DNA of 64,000 nucleotides from an uncultured Candidatus Rokubacteria bacterium (GTDB lineage Bacteria; Methylomirabilota; Methylomirabilia; Rokubacteriales; DASRDR01): NCBI GenBank assembly GCA_963826115.1, contig CAWGVS010000001.1, positions 44,643 to 108,642 of the forward strand, read 5' to 3'. Shown piece by piece: positions 59,369 to 64,000 of this stretch (position 1 is its first letter; each line of letters starts with the position of its first letter). The notes under the pieces were generated by a model. It saw only the letters and a program-made list of their open reading frames with translations, ran no database searches and was not told where the DNA came from. The position numbers and the translations under genes were made by a program.

Positions 59369-59869
59369 GTGAACGCTCGGGGGGAGGTTCACGCCTATCT
59401 CCTCCCCGATGATTACCGACGACTCCGGCTGGAAGCGTCAGCCCGTGGGGTCTCGCTGTCACGATGCGCGGGCGATTGCCTGGCCGAGTACTTCGCGCTA
59501 CGCCAGGAGATGGCGACAGCGTTCGAGGCACCGCATCAGGCGGAGACACTGGCCCCGCCTCGGGTGATCCACGTCTTGCTGGCCCAGACCGAGCAACGCC
59601 TGGTCGCCACGCTGGAACGCTATGGAGAGGACCTAACGGCCGTGCGTGCTGAGCTGACCGCGGTCCTGGCCATGCTCGACCGCTCGCAGTTCACGTACCT
59701 CTGCTACACGCCGGAGGTGCCGACGGCCGCCCGCGATCAAGCCCAAGCGAGCGGCCAGCGACGGTTCGTGCACTGGCGTCAGGCCGTGGCCCGTATGCTG
59801 AGTGAACCGCCCCGGGTTCTCCGGAGAGCTCGTTACGTGAGAACCGCCCGCTCAGCCGACGCCGCCTGA
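59369..59869 (+). CDS. Ribbon-helix-helix protein resembling the CopG-like accessory protein of conjugative elements
   Basis: N-terminal VHAYL..DDYRRL..EA..RGVSLS; C-terminal YLCYTPEVP..ARDQAQASG.RRF. Confidence 0.55.
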   Translation: MNARGEVHAYLLPDDYRRLRLEASARGVSLSRCAGDCLAEYFALRQEMATAFEAPHQAETLAPPRVIHVLLAQTEQRLVATLERYGEDLTAVRAELTAVLAMLDRSQFTYLCYTPEVPTAARDQAQASGQRRFVHWRQAVARMLSEPPRVLRRARYVRTARSADAA

Positions 59870-59919
59870 CGGTCAGGATAGGCCTGCTCGGCGGCCCGCT
59901 GAGCACGCGCGAGCTGGCG

Positions 59920-60020
59920 GGAGGATCTCGTTCGCGCGCCGTGTGCTCGTCGTACCCCCGACGGGCGATCGGCCACACCGCGCAGATCGGCTCGACCCCG
60001 TACACCGCGCGGTCGGTCCG
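59920..60020 (-). pseudogene. IS3-family OrfB N-terminal scrap
   Basis: RAVYGVEPICAVWPIA...Y.EH.ARERDP. Confidence 0.55.
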
Positions 60021-60022
60021 CA

Positions 60023-61450
60023 CTACTTCGTCGGCGCGTCGCCGAACTCGCGCAACAACGACTGGAAGTCCTGTGATTGGCGCAACAATTGGCCGGCCGC
60101 CTGGCGCAGCCGGTCGACGTCTTCGGGTGGCAGCGCGAAGCTCGTGGGCAGGTTCATGAGGTATTCCCGCTCCTTCGGATCTGGAAGATTGTCGAAGCTG
60201 ACATCCAGCGCGTGCACGGCGAGCTTCGGGAGCGGGACGCTCGCCTCGGCCTCCGCTTCGGTCGCGCCCGCCAGGCGCGCCCGTGCAATCAGCAGCTCGC
60301 GCCGCCAGGCATAGATCTCCTGCTTGTCCTTCATGGTCTCGATGGTCTCGAACGAGTAGCGGTCGATCGGCACCCCGGAGGCCTGCAGCAGCTGAACCAC
60401 CGTGCCCGGGGGCGCCTCCTTGCGGTCCCAGTCGGTCCGCGGCGCCGAGCGGGCGTTCACGACGATCAGCACGATCCGGCGGAAGACGCCGAATCCCACC
60501 TCGCCGCGGAACGCCGGGCTCAGGATCAGCTCCTCGAGGCTCTCCAGCACGGGGCGCACCCCGAGGTTGTCGGCGACCCCCCCATCGACGAGGTGGATGT
60601 ACGGGCGGTCCTGGCTGTTCTGGAAGGCCTGCATCTCGCGGTAGCGCTCCACCGCACGCCCCGACGGCCGCGGACGGCCCTCGGGCTTGGCGACGTCCCG
60701 GACCCAGGCCGGATACTGATAGCCGCACGTGCCGCCATAGTTGTCGAACGTCACGGGCGACAGCGCGACCGGGACGGCCGAGGACGTGGCCGCCGCGCGC
60801 GACAGGCGCACCTTGTTCAGGTCCGAGCAGAGGAGATCGAAGTCCTGCTGGTGGAACGCGAGCCGCGATCCGGTCGAGATATCGGTCCCGGTGGCGACGG
60901 CGACCGGTGTCGGCGTGTCGAGCAGGTCGCCGAAGGTCGCGCCTTCGAACAGAATCTCGTCGTAGTACGCCGCGGCGAGCTCCGAGCGCCCCGCGGTGCC
61001 GCCGATGAACTTCCACCAGTTGAACGGGTTCAAGGTGCGCCAGAGCAGCGCGCCTTGCACGTTGCGCTTGAGGAACCGCGCCTCGTACTCGACGAACAGG
61101 CGTTCACCGTAGAGGGCGTACGCGAGCGCCGTAAAGCTCCCTCCCGATACCCCCGTGATGAGATCGACCTCGTCGATCAGCCGGCGGCGCTGGCCCTCGA
61201 TGACGATCTCGGTGCGCCGGAGTTCCTCCAGCACGCCGTACGAAAACGCCGCGGCGCGGGTGCCGCCGCCCGAGAACGCCAGGATGAACAGCGTGTGTGG
61301 GTCGTTGTTCTGACGCTTGGGGATCAGGAGCTGCGGACGGTACCCGGACGTGGGATCGAACTGGGTGATCCGCTCGTTGATCGGTCGGCTGGCGCAGCCG
61401 GCCAGCGCCACGATCGCCAGCAAACCGATGAGCAAGCGATTGGTTCGCAT
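60023..61450 (-). CDS. Patatin-like phospholipase, lipoprotein
   Basis: LAGC lipobox, SGGGTRA, GVSGG, LVDGG. Confidence 0.9.
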   Translation of the reverse strand: MRTNRLLIGLLAIVALAGCASRPINERITQFDPTSGYRPQLLIPKRQNNDPHTLFILAFSGGGTRAAAFSYGVLEELRRTEIVIEGQRRRLIDEVDLITGVSGGSFTALAYALYGERLFVEYEARFLKRNVQGALLWRTLNPFNWWKFIGGTAGRSELAAAYYDEILFEGATFGDLLDTPTPVAVATGTDISTGSRLAFHQQDFDLLCSDLNKVRLSRAAATSSAVPVALSPVTFDNYGGTCGYQYPAWVRDVAKPEGRPRPSGRAVERYREMQAFQNSQDRPYIHLVDGGVADNLGVRPVLESLEELILSPAFRGEVGFGVFRRIVLIVVNARSAPRTDWDRKEAPPGTVVQLLQASGVPIDRYSFETIETMKDKQEIYAWRRELLIARARLAGATEAEAEASVPLPKLAVHALDVSFDNLPDPKEREYLMNLPTSFALPPEDVDRLRQAAGQLLRQSQDFQSLLREFGDAPTK

Positions 61451-61451
61451 C

Positions 61452-61556
61452 GGAATCGGCAACACAATACCCCTTCTCGGTCGCCCCCCCACGGGGGCTG
61501 GCAGACCAAGCTCGCTCCGCCCCGATGCTGCGCGACCGGCCCGGGCAGTGTCAAGG
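61452..61556 (-). mobile_element. IS91-like ori-end module with promoter, directly upstream of the patatin ATG
   Basis: TTGACA(61554-61549)-N18-CAGCAT...gtctgccagcccccgtggg..cgaccgagaaggggtattgtgttgccga. Confidence 0.65.
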
Positions 61557-61788
61557 GCGCGGCACCGGGCGGCGGCACCGGACGCAAGGGAGACGGCACC
61601 TGGCGGCCCGGCCGCGCCTCGGACGGCGCCCGAGGCGAAGAACGCGGTGAGCCATCGCGGCGTCGCGCTCATGCGCGCCTGCGAGGTGCTCCCCGTTGGC
61701 TTCGATTGAGACGCCAGGCGCCTGTCGATGAGCGGTGTACAATGCAGCGACCCGAAAGCGACAGGATGTCCACCAGGGAGACGTTGAG

Positions 61789-62847
61789 ATGGTTCTACGA
61801 GTCTTGTTGCTCGCCATCCCAGCCACATTGTTGGTGCACTGGTTCGCAGGCGATCGCACGACGCTCCTGTTCTTTTGCAGCATGGTCGCACTGATCCCGG
61901 CGTCCCTTTACATTGAGAAGTCTACTGACTCACTCGCGACGTATCTTGGACAGAGTACGGGGGGGCTGGTCAATGCCACGTTCGGGAACCTCCCGGAGAT
62001 CTTCATCGGCGTGGCCACTCTCCGGCTCGGTTTGCAGGAATTCCTGAAGGCGCAGATCGTCGGCGGCATCATTGTCAACCTGCTCCTCGTTCTTGGACTG
62101 GCCATGCTCCTCGGTGGACTTCGCTACCACCTGCAAGTGTTTAATACGACCAGCGCACGGTCATACTCGTCGCTGATGTTTCTGGCGGTCGGTGCTCTTC
62201 TTTTCCCATCAGCCTTCGCTGTGTCGTCACATTCGGACACCCATCGGCTAGTCATGTTGTCGGTCTGTGTCGCTTTCGTCCTTTTGGTCACATATGTGCT
62301 GTACCTGATCTTCAGTCTGCGGACTCACAAAGACGTCATCGACACCCCCGAAGATGTAGAAGCTGTTCATGACGACAGCCCTCGTTGGTCACTGTCGGCG
62401 GCCATAGCTGCCTTACTGGCCTCATCGCTTTGTGCCGTGTGGCTCAGTGATATCCTGGTCGACACGGTGACGCCGGCCGCAAGCGCCTTGGGTCTCAGTC
62501 AGGTCTTCATGGGCATCATTCTCATGGGCACGATCGGCAACGTCTCGGGGATGGTCACGGCGATCAAAGCGGCGGGGAAGGATCGGATGGACCTGGCGTT
62601 CAGCGTTTGTGTTGGTTCGAGCGTTCAGCAGGCTCTCTTTGTGACTCCGGTCCTGATGTTCCTGAGTCTGGTTGTGGGCAAGGCTCCAATGGATTTTGCG
62701 TTCAGGCCAGCGATGGCGGTGACCACCCTTCTGTGCGTCATTCTCATGGCCGTGCTCATCACTGATGGCCAGAGCCACTGGATGAAGGGTGTTCAGTTGC
62801 TCGCGCTGTTTTTGGTCCTCACGAGTGCCATAATCGTGTTGACGTAA
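61789..62847 (+). CDS. Calcium/proton exchanger (CAX/ChaA family)
   Basis: GGLVNATFGNLPE, GGIIVNLLLVLG, FSLRTH, IGN, GSSVQ.ALFVTP, DGQSHW.KG. Confidence 0.9.
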   Translation: MVLRVLLLAIPATLLVHWFAGDRTTLLFFCSMVALIPASLYIEKSTDSLATYLGQSTGGLVNATFGNLPEIFIGVATLRLGLQEFLKAQIVGGIIVNLLLVLGLAMLLGGLRYHLQVFNTTSARSYSSLMFLAVGALLFPSAFAVSSHSDTHRLVMLSVCVAFVLLVTYVLYLIFSLRTHKDVIDTPEDVEAVHDDSPRWSLSAAIAALLASSLCAVWLSDILVDTVTPAASALGLSQVFMGIILMGTIGNVSGMVTAIKAAGKDRMDLAFSVCVGSSVQQALFVTPVLMFLSLVVGKAPMDFAFRPAMAVTTLLCVILMAVLITDGQSHWMKGVQLLALFLVLTSAIIVLT

Positions 62848-63129
62848 GCCTTCGAATCCTCTTGGCGCCACTCCCCGATGGGATCGGACCGGCAGGCGTG
62901 GTGCAGAACTGGAACTGGCTCTTCGCCGCCGTCATCACCCTTGCCCCTCTGGTCGTGCCTTTGGCGCCGATCGAGGGTCACTTGGTCAGCGTCCTCACGG
63001 CCGGCAGTGTGACACGGAACGACCGGTCGACGCGCCGCGCCCGTGGCGTCCGCACCATACTATTGGGCATGTCGGATCCGTGGGCAGGTTGTTGTCATCG
63101 ACGTACCCAGCTCGGCTCGCGCGGCTCTC

Positions 63130-64000
63130 AACGGCAGCGGGCGGCACCCGCCGTGCCCCGAACTGGGGCGTCCTCAGGCCATGGAGCGGCCGGAGTTGCG
63201 CATTGTCGACCCCGACCTCTGGTCCGCAGTGCAGCAACGGCTGGCGTTCGTCGCCGAGGCGTTCGGTTGCCGTCCGGGGCGGCCGCCGCGAGGTCGCGCC
63301 TCCCGAGCCTATTCGCCTTATCTCCTGTCGGGCCTCTTGCGCTGTGCGCTCTGCGGCGCCCGCATGGTGGGACAGACGTTCCGACGGCAGAAGGGTCCAC
63401 ACGTCTACGAGTCCAGCTGGTATCGGTGTGGCTTCGCGACGACGAAGGGCGCCGCCATCTGCACGCATGGCCGGGGCTACCACCGGCAACGGCGAGCGGG
63501 GCGGCGTCCTTCCGGGCCGCGATGACCCCGCCCATGGTCTCGACGCTCACGCAGATGGTGAACACCCACGTCGAAGCCGCCTTCCGGGAGCGGAGTCGTG
63601 GCGTGGAGCACCTGAAGGCGGAGATCCTGCGGCTGGAGCGTGAGGCGGGCAACCTGGTCCGATTCCTGGCGGAGGGCGGCGAATCGACCTCGGTCCGGAG
63701 CGAGCTTCAGGGGATCGAGAGCGCCCTCCAGGGACTGCGGCTCGAGCTCGCCGGCCGCGAGGCGATGCCGTCGGTGCCACCCCGGGTGCACCCGACGTGG
63801 ATGCGGGGCAAGCTCGAGCGCCTCGACGAGCTCCTGCGGCAGGAGCCGGCCCAGGCCAAGGCGGAGATCGCCAAGCACCTCGACGGGGAGCTGACGGTGC
63901 GACCCCTGCCTTCGATGGGACGCGAGCGCCGCGCCGAGATCCGCGGGCGGGCCAAACTGAACAGCCTCCTGGAGGGCCAGGAGGCTGTTTGCGGTGGAGT
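63130..64000 (+). pseudogene. Large serine recombinase, C-terminal part (zinc ribbon plus coiled coil), frameshifted near 63490, runs off the window
   Basis: PELRIVDPDLW.AVQ, YLLSGLLRCALCG..M, YRC....KG..IC; catalytic N-terminus absent. Confidence 0.8.

Noticed and set aside
14386-61556. CRISPR array suggested by recurring short repeats
   Set aside because: The repeats are kilobases apart, degenerate and of several families; there is no regular repeat-spacer period and no cas gene.
58621-64000. Intact prophage or ICE
   Set aside because: Both recombinases are truncated, and no structural, replication or T4SS genes are in the window.

Overview
High-GC accessory region. The host is probably Candidatus Rokubacteria/Methylomirabilota; this is an inference from recalled lineage-typical hypothetical families and repeats and was not tested. 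No complete tRNA, rRNA or CRISPR array is visible. Bases 1-14 kb hold mostly intact operons: PqqD/RRE-MtgA-GT2; a sigma54/IHF-type promoter upstream of an OsmC-flavoprotein operon; and a PPOX/DHPH-like monooxygenase/DUF3500 operon. From about 14 kb to the end the window is a fine-grained mosaic of 1-3 kb pieces. Each piece usually carries one intact gene (AOR, arylsulfatase, sulfotransferase, amidase, SDR, LLMs, methyltransferase, acyl-CoA ligase, OYE, patatin, Ca/H exchanger) plus scraps of unrelated genes. The pieces are separated by three kinds of junction: about ten copies of an IS91/ISCR-like ori end (five with a conserved TTGACA-N18-CAnn[A/G]T outward promoter), co-oriented tRNA-fMet and tRNA-Glu 3'-end remnants, and decayed serine/tyrosine recombinase, IS91 and IS3 pieces. 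The best novelty candidates are (1) a zincin metallopeptidase-HicA toxin fusion with no HicB (53511-54647), (2) the ori-end/promoter module array itself, (3) a Sec-signal protein ending in a T3SS needle/Bsp22-like tail (24732-25157), and (4) a ~120 bp repeat whose inverted ends are tRNA T-arm sequence. All family calls come from motif recognition only; no searches were run.
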